A stretch of DNA of 64,000 nucleotides from a bacterium (GTDB lineage Bacteria > UBA8248): positions 173,339 to 237,338 of the forward strand of contig OZ244906.1 in NCBI GenBank assembly GCA_965221655.1, given 5' to 3'. Below the pieces are notes generated by a model. That model was not told where the DNA came from and made no database searches. It worked only from the letters and a program-made list of their open reading frames with translations. This document shows, in pieces, positions 39,322-48,408 of this stretch. Every line of letters begins with the position of its first letter. Position 1 is the first letter of the stretch. Made by a program: the position numbers and the translations under genes.

Positions 39322-39798
39322 TCATCGCCCGTGGGTGCGGGGGGCGTCCGGAAAACGGCCGGAGAGCCCCTCGGGCGGGGAGTCGGGCGTCGTTCCGGAC
39401 GCCGGCAGGGAGGCGACGATCTCCATCTCCAGGTTTTCGTTGTAGGCGCGCACCTGCCGGGGGATGGTGAACAGGTCCACGAACCACCACGCGCCGAAGG
39501 CGAGCAGGCCCAGCAAACCGATGGCGATGGGGACGAGCGCCGCCTGGGGAGAGGTTTCCGCCAACGCACCGCCCGCCGCGATGAATACGACCGCAACGAA
39601 AGACTCGATGACGTAGAGGATGCCTTTGCGCTTCTTGCCTAAATAAAATTTATGAGAACCAAACCCGCCCAGGAAAAACCACAAGGCGTAGGTGGTGAGC
39701 GTGGATTTTCTGCGCCGCTTGAATTCGCTCTCCACCGCGCGGAGTTCTTGCGGACTGAGGCTGCTCTTTATGGCGGGGAGTGTGGTTGCCGGCTGCAT
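39322..39798 (-). CDS. TM2-domain membrane protein (paralogue 2, about 93% identical to paralogue 3)
   Basis: Near-identical protein encoded by a near-identical ~525-bp DNA unit. Confidence 0.75.
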   Translation of the reverse strand: MQPATTLPAIKSSLSPQELRAVESEFKRRRKSTLTTYALWFFLGGFGSHKFYLGKKRKGILYVIESFVAVVFIAAGGALAETSPQAALVPIAIGLLGLLAFGAWWFVDLFTIPRQVRAYNENLEMEIVASLPASGTTPDSPPEGLSGRFPDAPRTHGR

Positions 39799-39851
39799 TT
39801 TTTGTTTCTCCTCTCAGAAGCGGGGCAGGCGGGTCTGCCTGTTTTCGCTCA

Positions 39852-40346
39852 TCATCGCCCGTGGGTGCGGGGGCCGTCCGGAAAGCGGCCCGAGAGCCTC
39901 TCGGGCGGGGAGTCGGGCGTCGTTCCAGGCGTCGGCAGGGAGGCGATGATCTCCATCTCCAGTCTTTCGTTATAGGCGTTCACCTGCCGGGGGATGGTGA
40001 ACAGATCCACCAGCCACCATATCCCGTAGGCGAGCAGGCCGAGCAAACCGACGGCGGTGGGTGCGACCGCCGCATTGGGAGAGGTTTCCGCCGCCGCGAC
40101 GCCCGCAAAGATGAAGACGACCGCAACGAAGGGCCCGATGACGTAGAGGATGCCTATGCCCGGCTTGCCCAAATAGAATTTATGAATCCCGAACCCGCTC
40201 AGGAAAAACCACAGGCCGTAGGTGAGCAGCGTGGACTTTCTGCGCCGCACGAGTTCGCTCTCCAGTACGAGGAGTTCGTGCGCACTCAGCCTGCTCTTCA
40301 TGGCGGGGAGTGGGGTTGTCGGTCGCATGTTCGTTTTTCCTCTCAA
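39852..40346 (-). CDS. TM2-domain membrane protein (paralogue 1, more diverged)
   Basis: YGLWFFLSGFGIHKFYLGKPGIGILY... and WWLVDLFTIPRQVNAYNERLE. Confidence 0.7.
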   Translation of the reverse strand: MRGKTNMRPTTPLPAMKSRLSAHELLVLESELVRRRKSTLLTYGLWFFLSGFGIHKFYLGKPGIGILYVIGPFVAVVFIFAGVAAAETSPNAAVAPTAVGLLGLLAYGIWWLVDLFTIPRQVNAYNERLEMEIIASLPTPGTTPDSPPERLSGRFPDGPRTHGR

Positions 40347-40362
40347 AAGCGGGTTTGCGTGG

Positions 40363-41028
40363 TCATTCCCATTTTCTGCGCATCATCCGGACGAGTTCGG
40401 TTCCCGATTCACCCGCATCGAACCTGCGGGTGAACTCCTCTTCTACTTCCATCACGATGCGGGTGCGCTCGCGCACGGCCTCGGCGTGGTCGAGCGGCAC
40501 CACGGCCACGCCGTCCGCGTCGGCAACGACAATGTCTCCCGCCGCGACTTGTACGCCGCAGCATATGACGGGCGCGTCGCGCTCGACCAGCACCAGCCGC
40601 CGCGAGTAGGGCAGGGGCCGCACGCCGCAGGACCATACGGGCAGGCCGAGTGCGCGGATTTCGAGCACGTCGCGCGCCCTGGCGTCCGTCACCACGCCCG
40701 CGGCTCCGCGCCTGTGGATGACGCGCGCCCCGTTCGCCCCCAAAACGGCCATGTCGCTCCCGCCGGTGGCGATCACCACGAACCTGCCCGGCGGCGTCTG
40801 CTCGTGAGCGCCGTAGAGGCTCACGCGCTCGGGCGGCATCTCCCCCGCGTCGTCCACGGGTGCGAAGCGCATGGTGGCGGCGGGGGCGGCCACCCGCGTC
40901 TGCGTGAAGGGCGTGAGGGGGGCGACGTCGCGCATCACCAGGTCCAGCCCCAGGTAAATCGAGGCGTCCGCGATGGCGGTGGTCGGTGCGCGCGAGAAGA
41001 ATTCCAGGGCGTCGTGCATGGCGTTCAC
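40363..41028 (-). CDS. RraA-family protein (RNase E inhibitor / 4-hydroxy-4-methyl-2-oxoglutarate aldolase-like)
   Basis: ...GRFVVIATGGSDMAVLGANGARVIHRRGAAGVVTDARARD... is the RraA/MenG-like fold signature. The start overlaps the cyclase stop. Confidence 0.8.
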   Translation of the reverse strand: MNAMHDALEFFSRAPTTAIADASIYLGLDLVMRDVAPLTPFTQTRVAAPAATMRFAPVDDAGEMPPERVSLYGAHEQTPPGRFVVIATGGSDMAVLGANGARVIHRRGAAGVVTDARARDVLEIRALGLPVWSCGVRPLPYSRRLVLVERDAPVICCGVQVAAGDIVVADADGVAVVPLDHAEAVRERTRIVMEVEEEFTRRFDAGESGTELVRMMRRKWE

Positions 41029-41717
41029 TCCACGACGGCCACGGCCCGGCAGGGGGAGCCTTCCACGCCGGGCATCTTGAGCGGCAGGGCGATGACCTCG
41101 AAGCGCTCGCGTCCGATGGCCGCAAGGTTCGTCATGTGCTCGATCTGGACGACCCCGTTTTCGAGCAGCGTTCGGTGGACGACGTACCGCTCGGGCACGT
41201 TGTGGGGAATCTTCTTCACCTCCTCTTCCTGGAGAAAATCAAAGCCCGCCGCCTTCGCCCCCTTGTCCACGAGCCAGCGCGCGCCCTCGCCCGTGAGGTA
41301 GGGCGAGTGGCGCAGGTAGGCGTCCGAACCCCAGAATTTGTCGGTGAAATCGGTGCGCAGGAGCACGATGTCGCCTGCGCGCACCAAGGGAGCATACGCC
41401 TCCAGATCGTCCGCGGTGATGGCGTCGTCGCGCCCTTTGGCCGAGAAATCGAGCAGACAGGCCGGACCCATGAAGCGCTCCAGAGGCACCTGGTCGGTTG
41501 TCTGCCCCCAGCGAAAGATGTGGCGCGGGCAGTCCAGATGCGTACCCGCGTGGGCGAATATGGAGAGCCAGCTGTCCACGAAGACCACGTCGGGCTCTTC
41601 GCGCGGCGGGAAATACTTGCGCCGCACGGAGGTTTCCGCCCCCATCATCTGGCCGACGGCGGCGGCCACCGGGTCCATCTCGTCGTAGTGGGCGAGGCTC
41701 AGGTCGATGACGGGCAT
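41025..41717 (-). CDS. Putative cyclase-family metal-dependent hydrolase (kynurenine-formamidase-like)
   Basis: ...SIFAHAGTHLDCPRHIF... is the HxGTHxDxPxH motif. True start MPVIDLSLAHY (41717) after GGAGAGGAG. Confidence 0.8.
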   Translation of the reverse strand: MPVIDLSLAHYDEMDPVAAAVGQMMGAETSVRRKYFPPREEPDVVFVDSWLSIFAHAGTHLDCPRHIFRWGQTTDQVPLERFMGPACLLDFSAKGRDDAITADDLEAYAPLVRAGDIVLLRTDFTDKFWGSDAYLRHSPYLTGEGARWLVDKGAKAAGFDFLQEEEVKKIPHNVPERYVVHRTLLENGVVQIEHMTNLAAIGRERFEVIALPLKMPGVEGSPCRAVAVVE

Positions 41718-42093
41718 GGGGCTCCTCTCCCGCGTGGGCGTCGATGCTCCCATGGTGTCATAAAGCGGGCGGTTTGAGAATCTGCGGCAGAGCAGGCGGC
41801 GAAACCCGCGAGAATTGATAAGCGTGGGCGCGACCTCTCCGTACAAATCGGGTTGTAGTGAGGTGGCTTTCTCAAAGGGTGCGGATTTTTCAGTGTGCGG
41901 CCCCGTTCATGCCTGTGTTTCGTCGGTTTGCAGAAAAGCGGTGCGCCCTATGGCCTCTCAACGAAATCCCGCCTGCGGCGGACGGAGCCTGAACCGAAGG
42001 CCATGCGCAGCCGCGGTTTATGGAGGGGCGCGGAGGTTCTCCCTCTGCAGTTTGTTTCTTGCGATCCGTTCGCGTGGGTTCGGTGCGACGGGT

Positions 42094-44349
42094 TCAGGCC
42101 TTTTCCACTTCGACGCGGTAGCTGTTGAAGGTGGCGTTTTCGTATTCGGAGAGCGCGTCGCCGGTGACGTGGTTCGCCGCGCCGTCCTCGGGCAGTCCGC
42201 CCGCGGGCACGTGCACGACGCCGGGGCGGATGTCCTCGCTCACCCTGGCCTGGAAGACGGAGGCGCCGAAATGGTTCTTGAGGCGTACGCGGTCGCCGGA
42301 GGCGATGCCGCGCGCGCCGGCGTCTTGTGGATGGAGCGTCGCCACGTTCCACCCGTGGCGCAGCAGCTTGCGCGCGTTGTTGAAGGTGGAACTCGCCCGA
42401 AAGTATGTCTTGGGCGTGAGGAGGTGGAGGGGGTGTAGGGCGTCGTCCGCCTCCTGTTGGGGCGGGAAGTGCGCGGGCACGCGCTCTGCGAGATTCTCAA
42501 AGTACACCTGCGCGCGCCCGTGCGGGGTGTCGAGGCGCCAGCTCGGGCGGGCTTCGGGGACGTTCAGGGTAACGTAGCCCTCCGCCTCGAGGCGCTCGAG
42601 CGTAACGTCTTTGAACCAGGGGAAGCGCGCGTCCGCGCGCGCCGCGCCGAGGAGCTCCTCCACCCACTCCCTGGATGATTTCCACGGAAAATGCGCGCCG
42701 TAGCCCATCTTCTCCGCCAGGCGGCAGACGATCTCGAAATCATCGAGAGACTCCCCGCGCGGGGGGAGGGCGCCCGGCGTGTAGAGGAGGACGTGCTGCG
42801 GCTGCATCTCCGGTATGAGGTGGTGGAAGGTCGCGCCCGTCTCGAGCCCCTCGGTGATCGCGCAGCGCTCGAGCCACGTCGAGGCGGGCAGCACCACGTC
42901 GGCGCAGCGGGCCGTGGGCGTCATGAAGACGTCGGCCACCGCGCAGAAATCGAGCGAGCGCAGGGCGCGCTCGGTCTTGCGGGCGTTGCCCGCCTGGCCG
43001 ACCGGGTTGCCCCACATGATGAGGGCGGCGTGCACGGGGCCGCCGTAGGACTCAGGCTGCAGGATGGCCTCGCCGACGCGCCCGGTGGGAATCGTGCGGG
43101 CGACGGGGTTGGGCACCGCCCAGCGCTCGGCCATCACCTGGGCGAGGCCGGTGCCGTGCGCCGTCGCGGGCAGGCCCGCCCCGTGGCGCAGCACCCCGCC
43201 GAAGCCGCCCGTCACCAGGTTCAGGACGTGGAGGGCGCGCACGGCCTGCTCGCCGTGCAGGGTGCGCTGGTAGGAGCCGTAGTAGACGATCACCTTGCCC
43301 CTGGCGAGTGCGCGGGCGAGCGCGCGCACGTGCGCCGTCGATACGCCGCATTCTCGCGCCGCGCGCTCGGGCGTCCAGGCTTCCGCCGCCGCGCGCAGGT
43401 GATCGAACGCGGTGGCGCAGCGCGCATCTCCCACGCGAAAAGAGCCGCGCAGCGCAGGCTTCGCGCAGGCGGTGAAGGGCCGTGCGGCCCCGGTGTTCTC
43501 GTCCCAGACGAGGGGTGCGCCGCCCGCGTCGGTGCGGAAGCGCCCCGTCTCCTCTTCCACCAAAAACGCGGCGTTGGTGCGCGCGCGCAAAAACTCCTCG
43601 TCGAGGGTTTCTTCGGCGAGGATGAGGCGCAGCACGGCCAGGGCGAGGGCCGTGTCCGTCGAGGGGCGCACCGGCACGTGAAGCTCGGCGAAGCGCTCCG
43701 CCGTGCGCGTGCGCACCGGGTCGACGACGATGAAGCGCGTTCCCCCGCGCTTCGCGTCCTGAAGCGATTGCAGCAGGCCGCGGTAGCCCGTCTCGACGGG
43801 GTTGTTCCCCCACAAGACGATCCACTCGCACTCCGCGTTTGGTCTGTGGCGCACCTGCCAGTGGCCGAATACGTCCTCGCTCCCTCCGAGATACGCTTTC
43901 CAGCACAGGCTGCCGCGCACGTAGGGCTGCACGGCGCCTCCCCACATGTTGAGCAGGCGCATGATGGTGGCGGGCTCGGCGTCGCGCCCACCGGGCAGGG
44001 TGTGCTGGGCGGAGTAGTGATACATCATCACGGACTCGTTGCCGCCCTTCGCCTTCGCCGCCTCGAGACCCTGTGCGACGGTTTCGAGCGCCTCGTCCCA
44101 GCTCACGCGCTCGAAGCGGTTTGCACCCCCCTTGCCCGAACCCTTCGCACCCACGCGCCGCAGGGGATAGAGCAGCCTGTCGGGGTGGCTGTATCTGTCG
44201 GGCAGCTGAAAGCCCTTGATGCAGGGTTTGATGCGCATCCGGCTGTTCGCGCCGAACGAGGCGATTTCCCCACCTCGCGTCTCGACCTCGAAGCTGCACG
44301 GGTTGTTCCCGCAGTGGGGGGAGCAGAGCGTGAAGGTTTTCTCGGGCAT
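42094..44349 (-). CDS. Cytoplasmic molybdopterin oxidoreductase (MopB superfamily, formate-dehydrogenase/assimilatory-nitrate-reductase-like)
   Basis: 751 aa. N-terminal CSPHCGNNPCSFEV...C [4Fe-4S] motif, MopB core and a C-terminal molybdopterin-dinucleotide-binding beta barrel. No signal peptide. Confidence 0.85.
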   Translation of the reverse strand: MPEKTFTLCSPHCGNNPCSFEVETRGGEIASFGANSRMRIKPCIKGFQLPDRYSHPDRLLYPLRRVGAKGSGKGGANRFERVSWDEALETVAQGLEAAKAKGGNESVMMYHYSAQHTLPGGRDAEPATIMRLLNMWGGAVQPYVRGSLCWKAYLGGSEDVFGHWQVRHRPNAECEWIVLWGNNPVETGYRGLLQSLQDAKRGGTRFIVVDPVRTRTAERFAELHVPVRPSTDTALALAVLRLILAEETLDEEFLRARTNAAFLVEEETGRFRTDAGGAPLVWDENTGAARPFTACAKPALRGSFRVGDARCATAFDHLRAAAEAWTPERAARECGVSTAHVRALARALARGKVIVYYGSYQRTLHGEQAVRALHVLNLVTGGFGGVLRHGAGLPATAHGTGLAQVMAERWAVPNPVARTIPTGRVGEAILQPESYGGPVHAALIMWGNPVGQAGNARKTERALRSLDFCAVADVFMTPTARCADVVLPASTWLERCAITEGLETGATFHHLIPEMQPQHVLLYTPGALPPRGESLDDFEIVCRLAEKMGYGAHFPWKSSREWVEELLGAARADARFPWFKDVTLERLEAEGYVTLNVPEARPSWRLDTPHGRAQVYFENLAERVPAHFPPQQEADDALHPLHLLTPKTYFRASSTFNNARKLLRHGWNVATLHPQDAGARGIASGDRVRLKNHFGASVFQARVSEDIRPGVVHVPAGGLPEDGAANHVTGDALSEYENATFNSYRVEVEKA

Positions 44350-44495
44350 GGCGTCTCCCCCCGTTTCGGTGCGGACGTGCGCTTTACACGGCATGTTCGG
44401 CATTCTACCATAGGCATTATTCCCTTTGCGGGCAAATGCCGTTCGGTGCCGTCGCCGCTTCGGTCTCCATTCGAATTTCGGGAGGAAAACAGAGA

Positions 44496-45656
44496 ATGGC
44501 CAAGGAAGAAACGACCCAAACCGAGGAGTTCGTGCCCCCCACCTGGGACACCAAGATGCCTCTGCCGTCGAACCCCGAGACGGGCGAGGACGCGAACGAC
44601 TACTACATCATCGACTGCGAAACGCACGTGATGCCCGAGGACTACCGCCGCTTCATCAAGTACTTCGAGGGCACGAGCACCTTCGAGTACGCCCACAAGA
44701 TGTGCAACCAGTGGCAGTGGATCGACCACCGCAACAACAGGCCCTCCGCCATCCACCCGGGCATGGACTGGCACATCGACAAGATTATCGGCGACATGAA
44801 CCGCTCGGGCGTGGACCAGATTGCCCTCATGCGCGAGTCGTTCATCGACACGGCGGGCGACAGTGCGCCCTTCTCGACGAACCAGCACGTCATCGACGCC
44901 ATCGAGAAATACCCCGACCGCGTCATCGGCGTCTCGAACGTCGGGCCCTTCTCGAAGCGCAAGACCAAGGATTTCCTGTGGGAGATGGAGTACCTCCACG
45001 ACAACTACAACTTCAAGTTCACCAAATTCTATCAGCCCGAAGACTGCCCCATTAACGATCGCAGGCTCTGGCCGGCGTACGAGATGTGCCAGGACAAGGG
45101 CATCGTCGCCTTCTTCCACACGGGCATCACCATCCGCATGGGGCCGACGCGCTACACCCTGCCGATTCTGCTCGACGAGGTGGCCTCGGACTTCCCCGAC
45201 CTCAAGATCGTGGCCTACCACGGCGGCTATCCCTACTGGGAAGACCTCGTCATGCTGCTGTGGAAGCACCCCAACGTCTACGTGAGCTACTCGATTCTGC
45301 TGCCCTGGCTCATGCGCGCCCCGCATCGTTTCGCCCACATGGTCGGCACGACGCTGCAAATCGCCGGTCCCGACCGCTTCGTGTGGGGCAGCGACTGGCC
45401 CGCCTCCGACCCCTATCAGTCGGTCGAGGCGATTTTGAAACTCTACATCGACGAGGAACTGCAGGAGAAGTGGGGCTATCCCGCCATCACCAAGAGCGAC
45501 AAGGCGAACTTCCTGGGCGGCACGCTCGCGCGGCTGGCGGGCATCGACCCGGTGAAGAACCACCTGAAATTCCCGGGCATGAACGGCGCTCCGAAGGGAA
45601 AGACGCCCGAGGGCGACATCACCCGCGCCATCATGGCGAAGCGCTCTGCCGAATAG
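44496..45656 (+). CDS. Amidohydrolase-2 family (TIM-barrel metal-dependent hydrolase/decarboxylase)
   Basis: ...YIIDCETHVMPEDY..., FHTGITIRMG and AYHGGYPYWEDL match PF04909-like proteins. Confidence 0.8.
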   Translation: MAKEETTQTEEFVPPTWDTKMPLPSNPETGEDANDYYIIDCETHVMPEDYRRFIKYFEGTSTFEYAHKMCNQWQWIDHRNNRPSAIHPGMDWHIDKIIGDMNRSGVDQIALMRESFIDTAGDSAPFSTNQHVIDAIEKYPDRVIGVSNVGPFSKRKTKDFLWEMEYLHDNYNFKFTKFYQPEDCPINDRRLWPAYEMCQDKGIVAFFHTGITIRMGPTRYTLPILLDEVASDFPDLKIVAYHGGYPYWEDLVMLLWKHPNVYVSYSILLPWLMRAPHRFAHMVGTTLQIAGPDRFVWGSDWPASDPYQSVEAILKLYIDEELQEKWGYPAITKSDKANFLGGTLARLAGIDPVKNHLKFPGMNGAPKGKTPEGDITRAIMAKRSAE

Positions 45657-45676
45657 GCATGCAGTACCGGAACCAC

Positions 45677-45708
45677 GCCCCGCCCGGCGCGCCCGGGCGG
45701 GGCTTTTT
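45677..45708 (+). terminator. Rho-independent terminator (convergent gene pair)
   Basis: GCCCCGCCCGG-cgcg-CCCGGGCGGGGC followed by TTTTTCG. Confidence 0.6.
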
Positions 45709-45769
45709 CGTCTGCTGGGGAATCGCCGGTCTCGCGGTTGGCCGCGTCGGCGCCGCGCCGGGGAGGCGG

Positions 45770-46522
45770 CTAGAATTTCGCCAGGGCGAACTTGACCACG
45801 AGGCTCGTGGCGATCAGGAACAGAAAAACGCGGATGAGCCTGAAGAACAGCGCCTGATCGATGCGCTCGCGCACGCGAATCCCCGCCCAGTAGCCCACGT
45901 AGACGGGCACGATGGCGAGCAGCCCCTCCGCCAGGCGCGGCTTGGTGTAGAGGCCCGCCAGGGCGAGGCTCGCTATCATCACCGTCATCCCTACCGAGTT
46001 GAAGGCGTTCATCAGAAAGATGAAGGGGTTTTTCGGCAGGCGGAGCATGCTGAAGTAGATGGTATTTATCGCTCCGCTGATGGTCGTCGTCCCGTAGACG
46101 AAGCCCAGCGTCGCGCCCATGAGCGCGCCGAGTGCGCGCTGCAGCCCCGCACCCAGTTCCCGAAACGAGCCGAGGCGGCTCTCCACGACGAGGTAGGCGT
46201 AGGCCATGAGGCCCATCATCAAGCGGATGGCGTCCGGATCCCCGAAGCCCAGATACCATACCCCCACCGGTATGCAGGCGAGGGCGCATGCCAGGTAGAG
46301 CCGTATTTCGCCGAGGGCGCGCCACTCTGCGCGCAGCCGCCAGGTGTCGGTGACGTTCGAGACCAAAAGCGAGATCGCGAGCAGCGTGGCGACGTTTCTG
46401 GGCGGCAGGAGAAGTGCGAGAAACGGAGCAGCCACCAGCGGCGTGCCGAAGCCGATGGAGCCCTTTACGAACCCGCCCAGCAGGAGAACGCAGACGACGA
46501 AAATGGTTTCGGGATGGGTCAT
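45770..46522 (-). CDS. TauE/SafE (TSUP, DUF81) family sulfite/anion exporter-like membrane protein
   Basis: 250 aa, 7-8 hydrophobic helices, GFVKGSIGFGTPLVAAPFLALL and the internal duplication typical of TSUP proteins. Confidence 0.8.
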   Translation of the reverse strand: MTHPETIFVVCVLLLGGFVKGSIGFGTPLVAAPFLALLLPPRNVATLLAISLLVSNVTDTWRLRAEWRALGEIRLYLACALACIPVGVWYLGFGDPDAIRLMMGLMAYAYLVVESRLGSFRELGAGLQRALGALMGATLGFVYGTTTISGAINTIYFSMLRLPKNPFIFLMNAFNSVGMTVMIASLALAGLYTKPRLAEGLLAIVPVYVGYWAGIRVRERIDQALFFRLIRVFLFLIATSLVVKFALAKF

Positions 46523-46646
46523 GTCGTGCCCGAAAAAGGGGAGGCGCTGCGCGGCGGCCGCGCACGTCCGCTCGGCGGTGCATCACGCGCGGGGCGGGGG
46601 CTCCTCCCCGCGGGGAAAGGGAGAAGCGCTCCCGGGTGTGTGCGCC

Positions 46647-47453
46647 TCAGCCCGCGATGTCCTCGCCCCCGTCCACGCGAATCAGGTCTCCCGTCATCCA
46701 CTGGGTGCCCGAGGTGGCGAGGACTGCAATGGCGTCGGCGACTTTTTGCGGCGTCGTCAACTCTCCGTGGGGGTTTATGGTCTTGGTGTGGGCGATCATC
46801 TCGGCGTTTCCGGGAATCTTGCGCAAAGCGGGCGTGTCGGTAACACCCGCCTGGATGCTGTTCGCCGTGATGCCCAGAGGAGCGAGCTCGACGGCGAGCT
46901 GGCGTATGTGGCTCTCGAGTGCCGCCTTGGCCGCCGAGACGGCGCCGTAGGTCTTCCAGATGCGGTGTCCGCCCGCACTCGTCATGGCGTAGATGCGGCC
47001 TCCGCGGCCCATCAGCCCGCGCCGTACGAGCGACTGCGTCCAGTAGACGAGGCTGTTCGCCATGACGTCGAGCGTCATCTCGAGTTGTTTGGGCGCAATG
47101 GCGTCCTTCTCCTCCTCGGCGATGTAGGGCTTGAGCGTGCCGAAGGCCAGGCTGTGCAGCAGAATGCGCACCGCCCCCTGCGCATCCGCGCCCAGGTGCG
47201 CCTCCATCCGGTCGAGCACGTCTTCGCGCTCCTCGTGGCCCGCCGCGTTGACGTTGAAGAACATCTCCTCCGCGCCGTTTTGCCTGATGCCCTCCTGAAT
47301 GCGCTCGACGTTGGGCAGCGTGGCCCTTCTGTCGAGATGAACGCCGAAGACGTTGACGCCCAGGCTCGAGAGCTTGAGCGCGTTCGCCTCACCGAAACCA
47401 CTGCTCGCGCCCAGTATGAGCGCCCAGCTTCCCGCCGCGTCCGTTTTGCTCAC
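46647..47453 (-). CDS. Short-chain dehydrogenase/reductase (SDR) family oxidoreductase
   Basis: ALILGASSGFGEANALKL glycine-rich motif. YGAVSAAKAALES is the catalytic YxxxK motif. Confidence 0.85.
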   Translation of the reverse strand: MSKTDAAGSWALILGASSGFGEANALKLSSLGVNVFGVHLDRRATLPNVERIQEGIRQNGAEEMFFNVNAAGHEEREDVLDRMEAHLGADAQGAVRILLHSLAFGTLKPYIAEEEKDAIAPKQLEMTLDVMANSLVYWTQSLVRRGLMGRGGRIYAMTSAGGHRIWKTYGAVSAAKAALESHIRQLAVELAPLGITANSIQAGVTDTPALRKIPGNAEMIAHTKTINPHGELTTPQKVADAIAVLATSGTQWMTGDLIRVDGGEDIAG

Positions 47454-47593
47454 CTTGGCTGTCTCCTTTCGGGCTGCGTCAATCGCTGTTCCGGTGGTTT
47501 ATAGCACATCCCCCCGCCTCGTGCGCGTGCAGCAGCAGGGGGCAGAGATGCCGCCGCAAAACCCCTCTGGCCTCACGGGGAGGAGCCGCCCGA

Positions 47594-47875
47594 AGATTTT
47601 ATGGCTCGAAGATTTTATGGCTTGAAGGCTTTATGGCTTATGGGGAAGACTGCATGGGGAAGACTCTGTAGGGAGGCGCGCCGCACGGCCCACTCCTGCC
47701 GGGCATTCGCGCTGGCGGTCTCCACGGGTGCGCGGTCGATGCGTCGGGCGTATCTGCCGAATTCCTCGAATCGAAACGGGAGGGCGCACGGGTTTTCCCG
47801 CATGAAATGCAAAAAATGCCATAAACCCGGGAAAACCCGGTAAAACCCGGGAAAACTCGCAAAAACACGGGAACG
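47594..47875. repeat. Intergenic short tandem repeats (TTTTATGGCT x3, GGGGAAGACT x2, AAAACCCGG x3) with a flanking inverted repeat
   Basis: The first tract reads agATTTTATGGCTcgaagATTTTATGGCTtgaaggCTTTATGGCTtatGGGGAAGACTgcatGGGGAAGACTctg. The second reads CGGGTTTTCCCG ... ataAACCCGGgAAAACCCGGtAAAACCCGGgaaaac. Confidence 0.6.
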
Positions 47876-48115
47876 AAAAAAGGCGGTTCGATTGAAATTT
47901 TTAATGAATGGCGGCGTTTCATGCGGGAGGTGTGGCGGGCCGGGAGCGGGGTTCGACGCATTCTGCGAGAAAAGACTCGATTTTCCCCACGCGGGATGCT
48001 AGGTTATGAAGGAGCAGAGATGAAAGGGAGAGGACTCTGCCGTGGGTGCGCCCGGCGGGCATTTCGAGCCGGGTGCAGGTGCGCAAAGCCAAGAACCGAT
48101 GGGAGATGGAGAGTC

Positions 48116-48373
48116 ATGCAAAAGACGATGGGTACGTTTCTGGCGGTGTTGCTTTTGCTGGTTGCGGGGTGTGCAGTCCCGCATAACGTGTGGGTAAAGC
48201 AGGACGTGAGCATGGAGCAGGCACTCAAGGAGATGAGCGCGTGTGCCGAGAAGGCGGGGCTGGTCTACCTCTCAAAGACCGAGTCGGGCGATCCCGAGGT
48301 TGTCGGTGCCCTGGGCAGCCGCGTTTCCGATTTTGAGCCCTGCATGAAGGACAACGGGTTCAAGAAGAAGTAG
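48116..48373 (+). CDS. Small lipoprotein (85 aa)
   Basis: MQKTMGTFLAVLLLLVAGCAVP is a signal peptide plus lipobox (LVAGC). Ribosome-binding site GGAGATGGAGAG. Confidence 0.5.
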   Translation: MQKTMGTFLAVLLLLVAGCAVPHNVWVKQDVSMEQALKEMSACAEKAGLVYLSKTESGDPEVVGALGSRVSDFEPCMKDNGFKKK

Positions 48374-48408
48374 ACGTCCCCGCGCGCGCGCCGGGCGAGG
48401 AGACGAAC

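Larger units (their letters stand above)
38805..40380. repeat. Three tandem direct repeats of ~525 bp, each carrying one TM2 gene plus its ribosome-binding site
   Basis: Units at about 38805-39320 and 39321-39851 are about 97% identical at the DNA level. The unit at 39852-40380 is about 85% identical. Confidence 0.8.

Noticed and set aside
38805-40380. Possible mobile element or IS behind the 525-bp repeats
   Set aside because: Each unit is simply one TM2 gene plus its ribosome-binding site. There are no transposase genes, and the only inverted repeat is a single poly-A/poly-T-flanked pair. The structure is consistent with plain tandem gene duplication.
42691-44631. 646-aa plus-strand ORF
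   Set aside because: Antisense to the second MopB gene.
44103-46586. 827-aa minus-strand ORF
   Set aside because: Antisense to the amidohydrolase gene and in-frame read-through of the TauE gene. Low-complexity translation.
47454-48115. tRNA or other structured RNA gene in the long intergenic region
   Set aside because: I found no clover-leaf with conserved tRNA positions (GTTC/T-loop, D-loop GG) on either strand. Only short tandem repeats and one inverted repeat are present.
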